Shown: piece by piece, positions 8,416 to 18,669 of the stretch
Layout: each line of letters opens with the position of its first letter
Numbering within the stretch: position 1 is the first letter of the stretch
The notes under the pieces: generated by a model
The model's input: the letters and a program-made list of their open reading frames with translations, nothing else
Told to the model about the DNA's origin: nothing
The model's database searches: none
Assembly: GCA_015063785.1 (NCBI GenBank)
Contig: SVTM01000007.1
Coordinates: forward strand, 25,665 to 89,664
Source: Oscillospiraceae bacterium
GTDB taxonomy: Bacteria; Bacillota; Clostridia; Oscillospirales; CAG-382
Reading direction: 5' to 3'
DNA length: 64,000 nt
Position numbers and translations under genes: made by a program

Positions 8416-10692
8416 TCAGTTCTTAACTGCAAATTCTCTCCAGATGCAGGTGTCGTAAACGAAATGCTCGGAGAAGGGTTTTTCGAGAAGGAAGGAATCT
8501 GTGCCTCTGTCGTAAAAGAGCTGCAGACCGAAAAGCTTGTTTTCAAGGGTATAGCGGTTAAGGGTTGCCTTGGTAAAGTTCCATTTAAGGCAATCGCAAT
8601 CGCAGGCGGAAACCATTTCAAGACGGCAGACGTCGTCTTTCTTTATCATGGCAAGATATTTGCCGCTCTTTACGTTTTTCAGACGGATATAATAGCCGCA
8701 TCTTTCGATCTTCCATTTCTGTGCCTCTTCGTTAAGGCAGACCTTGCCGTCGATATCGCAAAGATACTTGCCGACATTGCCTAAGAAGAAGGTAACAGCC
8801 TTTGTTTCCGAGAAGCTCCAGTAATTCTTTGTGGGCATCCACACGGTCATGCGCGAGTCGCGGCGCCAGGTTTTTCCTGCCGAAGCGTAATCGACCACGT
8901 GGATATAGCTTCCGTCGTTCTGCTTGACTGCAAATTCAAGATGCTTTACAAACTTTGCGGTGTCGCTTTCTTTAACTATTGCAAAGCCGTTCTTGTCAAC
9001 CGCAAGGTCGATGACGGTGTCTATCTCCTCGCCAAGTCTTGCATCGCGGGCAAGCACGATGGGACCGCGGATAAGAGCCTTGTGGAACTTGGAATTTTTG
9101 TCGTCCTTGTCCACGGGGGCATCAACGATGCGAACGCGCATATCAAGGGTAAGAAGAATTTCGTCGTTCTTGCTCCACACTCTTGTGATCTCGGTGTAGC
9201 CTTTGTTTGCCTTATATGATTTTCCGTTTACCTTGATGCTTGTTTTTTCGCTCCATTTGGGAATACGCAGAGCGACAGTAAACTTTTCTTCTTTTGCAAG
9301 CGAAAGCTTTATTGCGATCTTGCCGTCGTAGGGGTATTCTGTGTCAAAGGCAAGCTTCAAAGCCTTGCCCGATGGGGTGACGGCGGTGTATTCGCCCTTT
9401 TCATAAAGGTTTACGGCAACGCCGTCGCGTCTGCCCATGACAGCGATGGAGGGAATATGGCCTGTGCCTGCCGCACCGATGGCAACGCAGCAGCCGAAAA
9501 CTTCGGTGTCGTTGCGCATTCTCTGGGTGCCGCCCAGCTGACGGGCGCGTGTGCCCATAAGAACGGGGCTGTAGCTATCAAAGGTAAAGCCTGCAAGAGC
9601 GTCGCTGTGCTCGGTGTTGATGGCACCGATAAGGGCGTTGTAGATGGAATTTTCAATGTCGTCCACAAGGGAAGCGTCGCCGCACAGCAAAAGCACCTGG
9701 GTGATAAATTTGATCCAGGTAACAGTTACGCAGGTTTCAAGCATGATGATGAGATTCTTTGTGTTTGCCTGCTTTACGGTGGAGTGGTCAAACAACTCGT
9801 GGGTGCAGCCCGACGAACCGATGATGGTCAGGTCGGATTCTGCCACCAGCTTTCCAAAGTTGCAGGATGCAACACGCCACTTTTCAATACCTGTTACGCG
9901 GTAGTATTCCATAAGTCCTTCGAAGTTGGACATCATCTCGTACGCCTTTGTTACGGGGTACTGGTAAGGATAGAGCTTTCCTTCGTATGCAAGCTCGTAG
10001 ATATTGCCGTTTTCAATACCGCCTGTGGAAACGATGTAGTCGGCAAATTCAAGATATTCTTTTTTGCCTGTCAGGCTGTAAAGTCTGACAACAGGCTCAA
10101 GAATCGAGCAGGAGTTGAGACCCTGCCAGATGGCAGAAGTTCTTGTGATGGGAAGCTTGCCGTCCTCTTCCTTGCCCACCTTCGAGATGATATAGTCAAG
10201 GTTGCGGCACATGGTGGCAACGCACTTTTCCTTAAGAGCCTCGTCCTTGCAGATGTCGATGAAATACTGCAGACCGAGAAGGATATACTTTCTGCCCCAC
10301 ATATCCCAGCCGTGAAATTCGTTTTCAACGCTGTAGGTGGAAATTCTGCCCAGATCGTCTTCGGTGGTCAGAAGATCGTTTACCGTTTCGACCATGATGT
10401 CATAAAGCTCGGGATCCTGGGTGTAGGCGTAGGTAAAGGATGCGCCACGCATCATCTTGCCCCAATATTCGCAGCGCCATGCGTTGGTGGGATCGTCGAC
10501 GTTCGAGCGGAACTGCTCGACAAAAAGCGCCCAGTTGTGCTTGTTTTTGCACTGGTTTTCGGCAACAAATCTTATTGCCTCGTCAAAAACTCCCTTGAAT
10601 TTTGCGCTGCCCTGTGGCAGAATAAAAAGCTCGTCCTTTTCATATCTGGGAGCGTAGACGGGGTTTTTCATATACATTTCTTTGATATTCAT
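8416..10692 (-). CDS. DUF1680/GH127-like glycoside hydrolase with C-terminal ricin-type (QxW) lectin-like domain
   Basis: Start set at the ATG at 10692 (MNIKEMYMK, GGAAGGAAG RBS). Family-like motifs: WGRKYILLGL, AYEMMSNFEGLMEYY, LETCVTV, FGCCVAIGAAG. The C-terminus has QKWKIE and LKWNF motifs. No signal peptide seen. Confidence 0.7.
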   Translation of the reverse strand: MNIKEMYMKNPVYAPRYEKDELFILPQGSAKFKGVFDEAIRFVAENQCKNKHNWALFVEQFRSNVDDPTNAWRCEYWGKMMRGASFTYAYTQDPELYDIMVETVNDLLTTEDDLGRISTYSVENEFHGWDMWGRKYILLGLQYFIDICKDEALKEKCVATMCRNLDYIISKVGKEEDGKLPITRTSAIWQGLNSCSILEPVVRLYSLTGKKEYLEFADYIVSTGGIENGNIYELAYEGKLYPYQYPVTKAYEMMSNFEGLMEYYRVTGIEKWRVASCNFGKLVAESDLTIIGSSGCTHELFDHSTVKQANTKNLIIMLETCVTVTWIKFITQVLLLCGDASLVDDIENSIYNALIGAINTEHSDALAGFTFDSYSPVLMGTRARQLGGTQRMRNDTEVFGCCVAIGAAGTGHIPSIAVMGRRDGVAVNLYEKGEYTAVTPSGKALKLAFDTEYPYDGKIAIKLSLAKEEKFTVALRIPKWSEKTSIKVNGKSYKANKGYTEITRVWSKNDEILLTLDMRVRIVDAPVDKDDKNSKFHKALIRGPIVLARDARLGEEIDTVIDLAVDKNGFAIVKESDTAKFVKHLEFAVKQNDGSYIHVVDYASAGKTWRRDSRMTVWMPTKNYWSFSETKAVTFFLGNVGKYLCDIDGKVCLNEEAQKWKIERCGYYIRLKNVKSGKYLAMIKKDDVCRLEMVSACDCDCLKWNFTKATLNRYTLENKLFGLQLFYDRGTDSFLLEKPFSEHFVYDTCIWREFAVKN

Positions 10693-10861
10693 ATTAAAAA
10701 AACACTTCCTTCCGCCAGGTTGTGAACCTGCCATATTTTCCTATTTTTAATAATACCAATCTTTTCGTATTTTGTCAATAGCAACAATGGCAAATACCTT
10801 ATTCGCTGCCGACGAAAATCAATACCGCGCACCGTCGGGGACGGCGAGCGATACGGCTATA

Positions 10862-10975
10862 TTTGCACCCCAACCATGCCGCCCTCTTGGGGGAGATGGC
10901 ACGGCGTTGCCGTGACGGAAGGAGTTGGAATTTCATGGGTGGCAAAAACAACGGGCCGACGAAAAAAAACGTCGA
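10862..10975. repeat. Mosaic repeat, module I type copy plus module III fragment
   Basis: atttgcaccccaac...cacggcgttgccgtg...ggagttggaatttcatgggtggcaaaaac parallels 54303-54390 (tttgcacccaac...ggaccgtcgaagacggtgg...ggattttggaatttcatcaatg), with different hairpin stems. Confidence 0.5.
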
Positions 10976-11000
10976 CCCGTCATATCAGAAAGGAGAAAAC

Positions 11001-12419
11001 TTAATTTGTCTGCATATCAAGGGCAAAGGTAATATCAATATTTCCCTCGCCGTCGCGGAATACGGTCAGCGTGACCTTGTCGCCTGCGTTAAAATCTTCC
11101 TTGATGGTGTTGATTTCGTCGGTGGATTCAACCGTTTTGCCATTGAAGGCGATGATGATATCTCCGCGGCGCAGACCTGCCTTTGCGGCAGAGCCGTCTT
11201 TGTTTATCTGCATTACAAGGACGCCCTTGGGAATACCGTAATAGTCGGCTTCCTCCTCGGTCACGTCCACACACTGGATGCCGATGGATGCTTTGCCGGT
11301 GACAAGGCTGTCGCTTCTGTCAGAAACAGCGCCGTCGGCGATAAGCTGGTTCATAATGCTCACTGCGCCGTTGATGGGAATGGCAAAGCCGATGCCCTCG
11401 TACTGGTCGGTAAGCTTCAGGGTGTTGATGCCGATGACCTGACCATAGCGGTTGATAAGCGGACCGCCGGAATTTCCGGGGTTTATGGTGGCGTTGGTCT
11501 GGATAAGGGTCATGGTTTTTATCACTCTGCCGTAGTTGTCGGTGATGTCGATCTTTCTGTTCACCGCCGAGATAATGCCGTCGGTGACGGTGCCGGCAAG
11601 CTCGATGCTGGCAGGTGTGCCGATGGCAACGGCAAGATCGCCCACAAGAACTTCGTCGGAATTACCGCGCTCCATAACGGGCAGATCCTTTGCATCAATC
11701 TTGATGACGGCAATGTCGGTTATGCTGTCCGAGCCCACAAGCGTAGCTTCGTACTCGGTGCCGTCGTGAAGAACCACGGTTATCTTTGATGCGTTTTCCA
11801 CAACGTGGTGGTTGGTGGCGATATATCCGTCGTCAGAAAGGATAAATCCCGAGCCCACGCCCGATGCGGCGTATGCTCTGCCAAAATAATACTGGGTGGT
11901 TTCAACCATTATACCCACAGAGCTTTTGGTGCACTTCTGTGCAATCTCGTTTACCGAAAGAGCGCCTGTGCCGTCGTTTCGGACAGATGCCATCTGATCC
12001 ATCTGCACCTTGCTGTCGGATTTGGGAATTTCCATCTGGAAAACGTCCTTGTCGACACCAAGCGGAATATCAAGCTTTTCCGAAAGGTTTGCGATCACGT
12101 CGGACGAGAGAATGGCGGTGAGGTTTTTGTAGATATAGGTGCCCATAAAGGCGCAGAGGGTGAGGGTGAAGATCGCCGCGATGATGACGGCGGCAACCTT
12201 TATGCCATAGCCTTTTGGACGGGGAGTTTTTTGCTTTTTGACCTTTTCGGTGGTGGTGACGTAGTTTACGTTGTATTCGTCGCTCTTTTTGTCGGCGTTG
12301 TAGATTATCTCGTTGCGCTCGGACGCGACGGGGGCGTTTTCTGCTTGGACTGCTTCGTTTGTCGGCAATTCGGGCGATGGGGTGTTGTCAAGTATGGGAT
12401 CGTTGTTTTCGTTGTACAT
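11001..12419 (-). CDS. htrA: HtrA/DegP-family trypsin-like serine protease with a PDZ domain, membrane anchored
   Basis: 472 aa; TM helix (IKVAAVIIAAIFTLTLCAFMGTYIY); catalytic motifs GSGFILSDDGYIATNHHVV, DIAVIKI, GNSGGPLINRYGQVIGINT; C-terminal PDZ-like segment (GSAAKAGLRRGDIIIAFNG). Confidence 0.85.
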   Translation of the reverse strand: MYNENNDPILDNTPSPELPTNEAVQAENAPVASERNEIIYNADKKSDEYNVNYVTTTEKVKKQKTPRPKGYGIKVAAVIIAAIFTLTLCAFMGTYIYKNLTAILSSDVIANLSEKLDIPLGVDKDVFQMEIPKSDSKVQMDQMASVRNDGTGALSVNEIAQKCTKSSVGIMVETTQYYFGRAYAASGVGSGFILSDDGYIATNHHVVENASKITVVLHDGTEYEATLVGSDSITDIAVIKIDAKDLPVMERGNSDEVLVGDLAVAIGTPASIELAGTVTDGIISAVNRKIDITDNYGRVIKTMTLIQTNATINPGNSGGPLINRYGQVIGINTLKLTDQYEGIGFAIPINGAVSIMNQLIADGAVSDRSDSLVTGKASIGIQCVDVTEEEADYYGIPKGVLVMQINKDGSAAKAGLRRGDIIIAFNGKTVESTDEINTIKEDFNAGDKVTLTVFRDGEGNIDITFALDMQTN

Positions 12420-12730
12420 GATCTTCCTCCGTTTCCTGAAAGTTCGCTGTTTGAGTTTACGGTTTCATTATAGATAATCATTTTGTAAAATCTATGTTTT
12501 CTATGTGATAATTTTGTGATTTTTTGAGGATAATATTCCGAAACGAAAATCCCTTTTGCCTTTTGTGCCGATATATGCGTATCAATCAAGCCATTCGTCG
12601 ATTTGACGGAAACAAATAAACCTCAAATCATACAAATGAGCCACAGGAGATTATAGGGCAAAACAACAGGAGCAAAGGCATACACCTCTGCTCCTTAACC
12701 GTTTGGACATATTGGATTTTATCGCAAATA

Positions 12731-13300
12731 TCATATTTTTTGTTGTAGAAGATTTAACCCGAGCAGAAAAACGATGACACACACCGCAGAACCGGTTGCA
12801 ACATTCATAATACGAATCTCAATTTCCGTCATTCCCTCAAAGGATACAAGCATTGACCTTTGCAAAGAAAATATTGAGACAAAGGCATCGGCAAAGGATA
12901 TGTTTCGCAATGTGATCAATTCTGCAGATTTGCTTTTTCGTGCCTTTATCCATTTTATTGTTGCAAGTGTGATTTTGGTAAAAGCATATACAGCAATCGC
13001 AAGCATAATAATCAGATGAAATTCGGTGCCTCTATCTTTGACAAAAGCAAGAATTACTGTTCCGACGAGCGATACGGACAGCACCATCAGCATTATTCCG
13101 GTAAACCGAAGGACAAAGCGTTTTTCGCCTTTGTGCCTGAAAAGCACAAAGCGGACAATACTCAATATTGCATAGTAAATGCCGATTGTAAAAAACCACC
13201 ACGAGGATGTTGTTATGCCAAAAATGATGTGATAGGCACTATACACCATATCAAACAACAAACTGACAAGTGCGAGTTTGCGTGCCCTATCCATTCGCAC
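12731..13300 (-). CDS. Polytopic membrane protein of unknown function
   Basis: 189 aa with about 5-6 hydrophobic helices. It overlaps the TetR gene stop and lies in a visibly AT-rich segment. Confidence 0.5.
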   Translation of the reverse strand: MRMDRARKLALVSLLFDMVYSAYHIIFGITTSSWWFFTIGIYYAILSIVRFVLFRHKGEKRFVLRFTGIMLMVLSVSLVGTVILAFVKDRGTEFHLIIMLAIAVYAFTKITLATIKWIKARKSKSAELITLRNISFADAFVSIFSLQRSMLVSFEGMTEIEIRIMNVATGSAVCVIVFLLGLNLLQQKI

Positions 13301-13883
13301 GATCTTTCCCGAAAATACAGACGACGATTATTTTTGATAGTTCATCGGTTGACTTGTCACACCCGTTTTTTAGCCATTCAACAATTATGGCATTGATGCC
13401 GTTCAGATAGTACATCATCACATATTGCCTGATGTCTGCCGGATAGTGAAATCTCTGAAGAATCGGGTTGAATATATTTTCAAACATTCGCTTGTACACA
13501 TCTTCGAATCCCAGAATTTTGTTTTGTGACAATGCAACCGAAAAAACTTCTTTGTTGTCTTTGATATATGTGAAATACGGTGTCAGATACTTGTCGCAAA
13601 TAAACACCAACTCACTCAGTTCGCAGTGCAGAAGATTGAGAGCAATAGATTGTGAATCGGTTGGAAAATATGACAAAAACCCATCCAACAAATACCGTGT
13701 TGTTTCATTCAGCAAATCTCCGATGGTTTCATAATGCAAGTAAAAGGTGGAACGATTTACTCCTGCCGTTTCGCAGATCTCACTGACAGTAATATATTCA
13801 AACGGTTTCTTTTTCAGCAAGGCAATCAACGCAAGGTCCATTTTCGTGGCAGTATTAAAATATTTACTTTCAGATTTGTTCAC
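13287..13883 (-). CDS. TetR/AcrR-family transcriptional regulator
   Basis: 198 aa; N-terminal HTH (FEYITVSEICETAGVNRSTFYLHYETIGDLL), typical of TetR_N. Confidence 0.8.
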   Translation of the reverse strand: MNKSESKYFNTATKMDLALIALLKKKPFEYITVSEICETAGVNRSTFYLHYETIGDLLNETTRYLLDGFLSYFPTDSQSIALNLLHCELSELVFICDKYLTPYFTYIKDNKEVFSVALSQNKILGFEDVYKRMFENIFNPILQRFHYPADIRQYVMMYYLNGINAIIVEWLKNGCDKSTDELSKIIVVCIFGKDRANG

Positions 13884-13907
13884 ATTACCACTCCTTGCAG
13901 GTTTTGA

Positions 13908-14249
13908 TTATTTGTCTGCGATTTCGCGGGCGAGTTGTACGATTTCATAGGCATATTTTGCCTTGCCGTTTTCAAGTATTTTCTTGTAAATCGGATAATT
14001 CACGACGCATCCGATAAGTCCGACGATGCCGACAACGATACCAAGCGCCATACTGTTTCCGATAACTTGCATTGCCAAGGACATACCTGTGCCGAAAACA
14101 AGAGCAAATACAATGCCCCAAGTGTAAGTGAAAATGGCGGCAGGGAGTTTTGCGCGGTTGTCCAGTTTTTTCAGGGCAACGATTTTTGAATCCTCTTTGG
14201 GTGCATAGTCCTTTGCGATTGATTCTGCTAAAATTTTGTCTGTGTTCAT
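13908..14249 (-). CDS. Small two-helix membrane protein of unknown function
   Basis: 113 aa; two hydrophobic helices (AAIFTYTWGIVFALVFGTGMSLAM and ALGIVVGIVGLIGCVV); AAGGAGG RBS. Confidence 0.5.
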   Translation of the reverse strand: MNTDKILAESIAKDYAPKEDSKIVALKKLDNRAKLPAAIFTYTWGIVFALVFGTGMSLAMQVIGNSMALGIVVGIVGLIGCVVNYPIYKKILENGKAKYAYEIVQLAREIADK

Positions 14250-14596
14250 ATCAAGAACCTCCTTTTTGATTTTACAGTGATATTTTACTGCTCAAAAAGG
14301 AGGAATTGAACAACACAATGTTTGAAATCTGTTGATTTATATAAGATAACTTCAGTTTTGTCGAATTCTTTCACATTTCATTGTACAATATGTTTATGAA
14401 TATTTCAAGGTATGGGGAACAAAGCCGGGCACAGATGCGGCTTTGTCCGCTGAAATGCGAACGGTTTTCGGCGAAATCGACGGTTTTTTCCATCAGCACA
14501 AAAGGTAAAGGGAGAAATGAAAAAACCGATTGAAAAATAACACATTTTGTGATATAATAATCTAATATGCAATTATTTTTTGCAAAAGGAGATAAA

Positions 14597-15619
14597 ATGA
14601 ACACTTTTGACATACCCGAAAGAATTGATAGCGCGGCTTTTGCCGCCGAGATACTTTTGCACGACGAAATTCTGATACTTACCCACAGCCATCCCGACGG
14701 TGACACGGCAGGCACGGGCATTGCCCTTTACAACGCCCTTCTTGCGGCAGGAAAAAAAGCCGCCGTTGCCTGCACCGACGAGCTGCCGGTGCATCTTTCG
14801 TTTCTCTATTCCTTTGCCAACGGAAAGGATCTGTTTTTCGGCAAGAGCTTTGAGGGCGAATTTTGCCCGTCGTATATCGTATCTGTTGACGTGGCAAGCG
14901 CAATGCTTATCGGCTCGTCGCTTTCGGAATATGCCAATAATATATCGCTTGCCCTTGACCACCACGACGTGAACACTTTGCCCTGCGGCAAGCTTTTTGT
15001 CGAAGAAATTGCAAGCTCGGCAGGCGAGACCATGTATTTTGCCATTCTTGAAATGGAAAAAATTTCGGGCAAAAAGCTTATTGACAAAAACACGGCGTGC
15101 GCCCTTTTTGCCGCCGTGGCGTCCGATTCGGGAAATTTCAAATTTTCCAACACCCGCGGACGCACCATGAACGCCGCAGGCGCGCTTATCGAGCTTGGTG
15201 CCGACAACGCCGAGATATCGCGAAAACTTTTTGACATAAAATCGTTTGGCACCTTCAAGGCAGAGGCGCGTTGCACCCAAAACGTGCAGTTTTTTGAGGG
15301 CGGCAAGATCGCTGTGTCTTTTGTTTCGCGCCGCGAGCTTTTTGAAAACGGAATTGACGAAACAGAGCTTGACACCTGCGTTCAGCTTTTGCGCATGATA
15401 GAAGGTGTGGAGGTGGCAGTTTTTGCCAAGGAAAAGACGGGAGACGACGGCGTCGAAAAATACCGTCTTTCGATGCGATCGAACGAATACGTCGATGTGG
15501 CGAATATCTGTGCCGCATTTGACGGCGGCGGCCACAAAAAAGCGGCAGGCTGCACCGTTTTTGGCAGTTTTTTGCAGGTGAGGGAAAAAATCGTCGAAGC
15601 TATTGCAAATAAACTTTGA
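14597..15619 (+). CDS. nrnA: DHH/DHHA1 phosphoesterase (NrnA-type oligoribonuclease / pAp phosphatase)
   Basis: Start at the ATG at 14597 after an AAAGGAG RBS. Motifs: LTHSHPDGDTAGTG, LDHH, DSGNFKFSNT, GGGHKKAAG. Confidence 0.8.
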   Translation: MNTFDIPERIDSAAFAAEILLHDEILILTHSHPDGDTAGTGIALYNALLAAGKKAAVACTDELPVHLSFLYSFANGKDLFFGKSFEGEFCPSYIVSVDVASAMLIGSSLSEYANNISLALDHHDVNTLPCGKLFVEEIASSAGETMYFAILEMEKISGKKLIDKNTACALFAAVASDSGNFKFSNTRGRTMNAAGALIELGADNAEISRKLFDIKSFGTFKAEARCTQNVQFFEGGKIAVSFVSRRELFENGIDETELDTCVQLLRMIEGVEVAVFAKEKTGDDGVEKYRLSMRSNEYVDVANICAAFDGGGHKKAAGCTVFGSFLQVREKIVEAIANKL

Positions 15620-15753
15620 AAAAGACATAAAAAGGGCCGATGTTGCCGAAAATAAAAAGTATTTTGCACCCTTTGGCGGTATAATATATTAAGAAGTCGA
15701 AACAGGGGAACGTGGAATTTTTTCGCACCCCATATTTCGAAAGGGGCGGTTTT

Positions 15754-16776
15754 ATGAGCTTTTCTTACATCGAAATGCAAAATCGCAGGGAGGCGGAGTT
15801 TTTATCCGAATTTGCCTTCAGATCCTGCGACACCCAAGGCAGACTTTTTCCCATCGACAAGTGCGATCTGCGCACCGATTTCCAGCGCGACCGCGACAGA
15901 ATAATCCACGCCAAATCCTTCAGACGCCTGATGCACAAGACCCAGTGCTTTCTTTCTCCCGAGGGCGATCATTACAGAACTCGCCTGACCCACACCCTTG
16001 AGGTATCGCAGATCGGACGAAGCATTGCGCGCTTGTTGCGACTTAACGAGGACTTGGTGGAGGCGGCGTGCCTTGGGCACGATCTCGGCCACACGCCCTT
16101 TGGCCACGCGGGCGAGAGGGTGCTGAACTCCCTTTGTCCCACAGGCTTTGCCCACAACGAACAGAGCGTGCGCACCGTCACGGTGCTCGAGCGAGACGGC
16201 AAGGGGCTGAACCTTACGGTGGAGGTCATCGACGCCATTTTGTGCCACACCGGCCCTGTTGCCGCAAAGACCCTTGAGGGCAGGCTTATCAAATACGCCG
16301 ACCGGATCGCCTACATAAACCACGACATCGACGACGCCATACGCGCAGGCATTCTCACCGATGCCATGATCCCCGAAAAATTCAGCCGCATCCTTGGCTG
16401 CAACCATTCGACAAGAATAGACACCATGGTCAAAAGCCTTGTTTCGGGCACCCTTGAAAACTTTAAAAACGGAAAAGCAGAGCTTGCCATGGCTCCCGAG
16501 GTGGAGGAGGCAACGGCAGGGCTTCGCGAGTTTATGTTTGAAAACGTATATATAAACAGCAAGGCAAAAAAAGAAGAAGGCAAGGCGTGCGAGGTGCTTG
16601 CCGCCATCTATAATTATTACTTAAAGCGTCCCGAGCTGATGCCCGACGACAACAAGAAATTCCTTGCCGACTATCCTGTCGAGCGTGTTGTTGCCGACCA
16701 CGTGGCAGGCATGACCGACAGATACGCACTTGAAACCTACAAAGAGATCTTCCTGCCCAAGATGTGGGGCAGATAA
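15754..16776 (+). CDS. dGTP triphosphohydrolase-like HD-domain protein
   Basis: Motifs: FQRDRDRIIHAKSFRRL, RTRLTHTLEVSQI, LGHDLGHTPFGHAGE, DRIAYINHDIDD. It sits in the conserved position upstream of dnaG. Start is either the ATG at 15754 (better RBS) or the GTG at 15712. Confidence 0.8.
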   Translation: MSFSYIEMQNRREAEFLSEFAFRSCDTQGRLFPIDKCDLRTDFQRDRDRIIHAKSFRRLMHKTQCFLSPEGDHYRTRLTHTLEVSQIGRSIARLLRLNEDLVEAACLGHDLGHTPFGHAGERVLNSLCPTGFAHNEQSVRTVTVLERDGKGLNLTVEVIDAILCHTGPVAAKTLEGRLIKYADRIAYINHDIDDAIRAGILTDAMIPEKFSRILGCNHSTRIDTMVKSLVSGTLENFKNGKAELAMAPEVEEATAGLREFMFENVYINSKAKKEEGKACEVLAAIYNYYLKRPELMPDDNKKFLADYPVERVVADHVAGMTDRYALETYKEIFLPKMWGR

Positions 16777-16802
16777 ATTATTGAAAAAGGAGGAAAGAGC
16801 GC

Positions 16803-18629
16803 ATGGCTTTTCCGCAGAGCTTTATTGAAGAACTGAAAATGCGAAACAGCCTTGAAGCTGTTATCGGCAAATACGTCGATCTCAAGCGCGCAGGCTCGAA
16901 CCTTGTGGGCTGCTGTCCTTTTCACAGCGAGCGCACCCCCTCCTTTACCGTTTTTCCCGAGAAGAATTTTTATTGTTTCGGTTGCGGTGCCGGCGGCGAC
17001 GTCATCACCTTCACCATGCGCATTGAAAATCTCGACTATCGCAGCGCCGTCATCCAGCTTGCCGATGCCGCGGGCATTCCCGTTCCGCAGGACGACGATT
17101 TTGCCGCCAAAAAGCAAAAAGAGATCCTCTCTCGCGAGCGCAATTTTGAAATGAATAAGCTTGCCGCACGGCATTTTCACGAAAACCTTATGTCGCCGCA
17201 GGGACGCGAGGCTTTGGAATATCTCACCTCCCGAGGACTTGCACCGTCAACCATCCGACGCTTTGGTCTTGGTTTTGCCAAGGATTCGTTCGACGATCTT
17301 TACAAATTCCTTTTGTCAAAGAGCTACACCGTTGACGAAATGAAAGAAGCGTTTTTGTGCGGCATTTCGTCCCGTGGCACTCCCTTTGATATGTTCCGCA
17401 ACCGCGTTATCTTCCCGATAATCGACACGTCGGGCAGAGTCATCGCCTTTGGCGGCAGAGTCATGGACGATTCCAAACCCAAATATCTAAACTCGTCCGA
17501 CACCCCCGTTTTCAAAAAGCGCAGCAACCTTTTTGCCCTGAATTTTGCCAAAAACGCCTGTGTCGGCACCGTCGGCAACTCCAGCGACAGAGTGAACTCG
17601 GGCGAGATGATACTTTGCGAAGGCTACATGGACGTTATTGCCCTGCATCAGGCAGGCTTTTCGGGCGCGGTGGCAACCCTTGGCACCGCCGTCACCCCCG
17701 AGCAGGCGCGCGTGATCTCGCGCTATGCCAAAACCCTTTTTGTATCCTACGATTCGGACGATGCCGGCCGCCGCGCAGACGAAAAGGCGATTAAATACAT
17801 GACCGAAGTCGGCGTTGACGTCAAGATACTGAAAGTGACCGGCGGCGCAAAAGACCCCGACGAATATATCAAAAAATACGGCCCCGAAAGCTTCCGCCGT
17901 CTTATGACGGGAGCATCCGGCCAGATAGACTATCGTCTTTCCGAAATAATCGGAAAATACAACATGGATATCCCCGAAGAAAAGCTTTCGATGATAGAAG
18001 AAGCCTGTACCCTTGTGGCAGGGGTGTATCCCGAAATGAAGCGCGAGGTATATATTTTGCGTCTGTCCGAGCTTACGGGCATCGGCAAGGATACCATTGC
18101 CGCCGATATCAAGCGCCGCACACGCAGAATGGCGACGGCACAGAAAAAAGAGATTGCAAAATCGGGCGAGGAGGCTCTGCGCCACTATGGCGACAGGATA
18201 AACCCCGACGCCATGAAGAGCATAAAAGGGGCGTCGGCAGAAGAGCAGATTCTCGGCATACTTCTGCTTTATCCCGAATATTTTTCCCGTCTTTCTTCCG
18301 ATATCCTGTGCGAAAACGATTTTGTCACAGAGTTCAACAAGAGCGTTTTTTGCGAGCTTAAGGGTCTTTATGATGCGGCAGGCGCAGGAGAAGTTGACCT
18401 TTCGGCGCTCAACGAGATTTTTTCGCCCGAGCAGATGGGCAGAATCCACGCCATGTACCGCAAAAGACGAGCTCTCACCGTAAACGACGTGCAAACCCTT
18501 ATCGAGCTTTGCGCGGTACTTAAAAACGAAAAACAAAAAATGTCGGCAACCCCTGCCGACAAGATGTCTGTGGATGATCTTCAGGCGTATCTTGCAGCCA
18601 AGCGTTCGTCCCAAAACGGCAATAAATAA
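16803..18629 (+). CDS. dnaG: DNA primase
   Basis: 608 aa; zinc finger [30 protein letters not shown]; TOPRIM region ([24 protein letters not shown]). Confidence 0.95.
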   Translation: MAFPQSFIEELKMRNSLEAVIGKYVDLKRAGSNLVGCCPFHSERTPSFTVFPEKNFYCFGCGAGGDVITFTMRIENLDYRSAVIQLADAAGIPVPQDDDFAAKKQKEILSRERNFEMNKLAARHFHENLMSPQGREALEYLTSRGLAPSTIRRFGLGFAKDSFDDLYKFLLSKSYTVDEMKEAFLCGISSRGTPFDMFRNRVIFPIIDTSGRVIAFGGRVMDDSKPKYLNSSDTPVFKKRSNLFALNFAKNACVGTVGNSSDRVNSGEMILCEGYMDVIALHQAGFSGAVATLGTAVTPEQARVISRYAKTLFVSYDSDDAGRRADEKAIKYMTEVGVDVKILKVTGGAKDPDEYIKKYGPESFRRLMTGASGQIDYRLSEIIGKYNMDIPEEKLSMIEEACTLVAGVYPEMKREVYILRLSELTGIGKDTIAADIKRRTRRMATAQKKEIAKSGEEALRHYGDRINPDAMKSIKGASAEEQILGILLLYPEYFSRLSSDILCENDFVTEFNKSVFCELKGLYDAAGAGEVDLSALNEIFSPEQMGRIHAMYRKRRALTVNDVQTLIELCAVLKNEKQKMSATPADKMSVDDLQAYLAAKRSSQNGNK

Positions 18630-18669
18630 ACACAGCAACACACGGAAAGGTAAAGGTTACATCATCACA

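Noticed and set aside
9457-10725. 422 aa plus-strand ORF
   Set aside because: It is an antisense shadow of the GH127-like gene. Its Gly/Val/Ala/Lys-rich composition is typical of reverse frames in GC-biased genes.
14250-14596. Tiny ORFs (MFEIC, MKKPIEK) and short hairpins in the 350-bp region upstream of nrnA, as a possible leader-peptide attenuator
   Set aside because: The ORFs are too short and unsupported, and the hairpins are weak and lack a convincing U-tract. Nothing distinguishes this from ordinary AT-rich spacer at the edge of the islet.
14573-15628. 351 aa minus-strand ORF
   Set aside because: It is an exact antisense shadow of the nrnA-like DHH gene, which has clear DHH/GGGH motifs.
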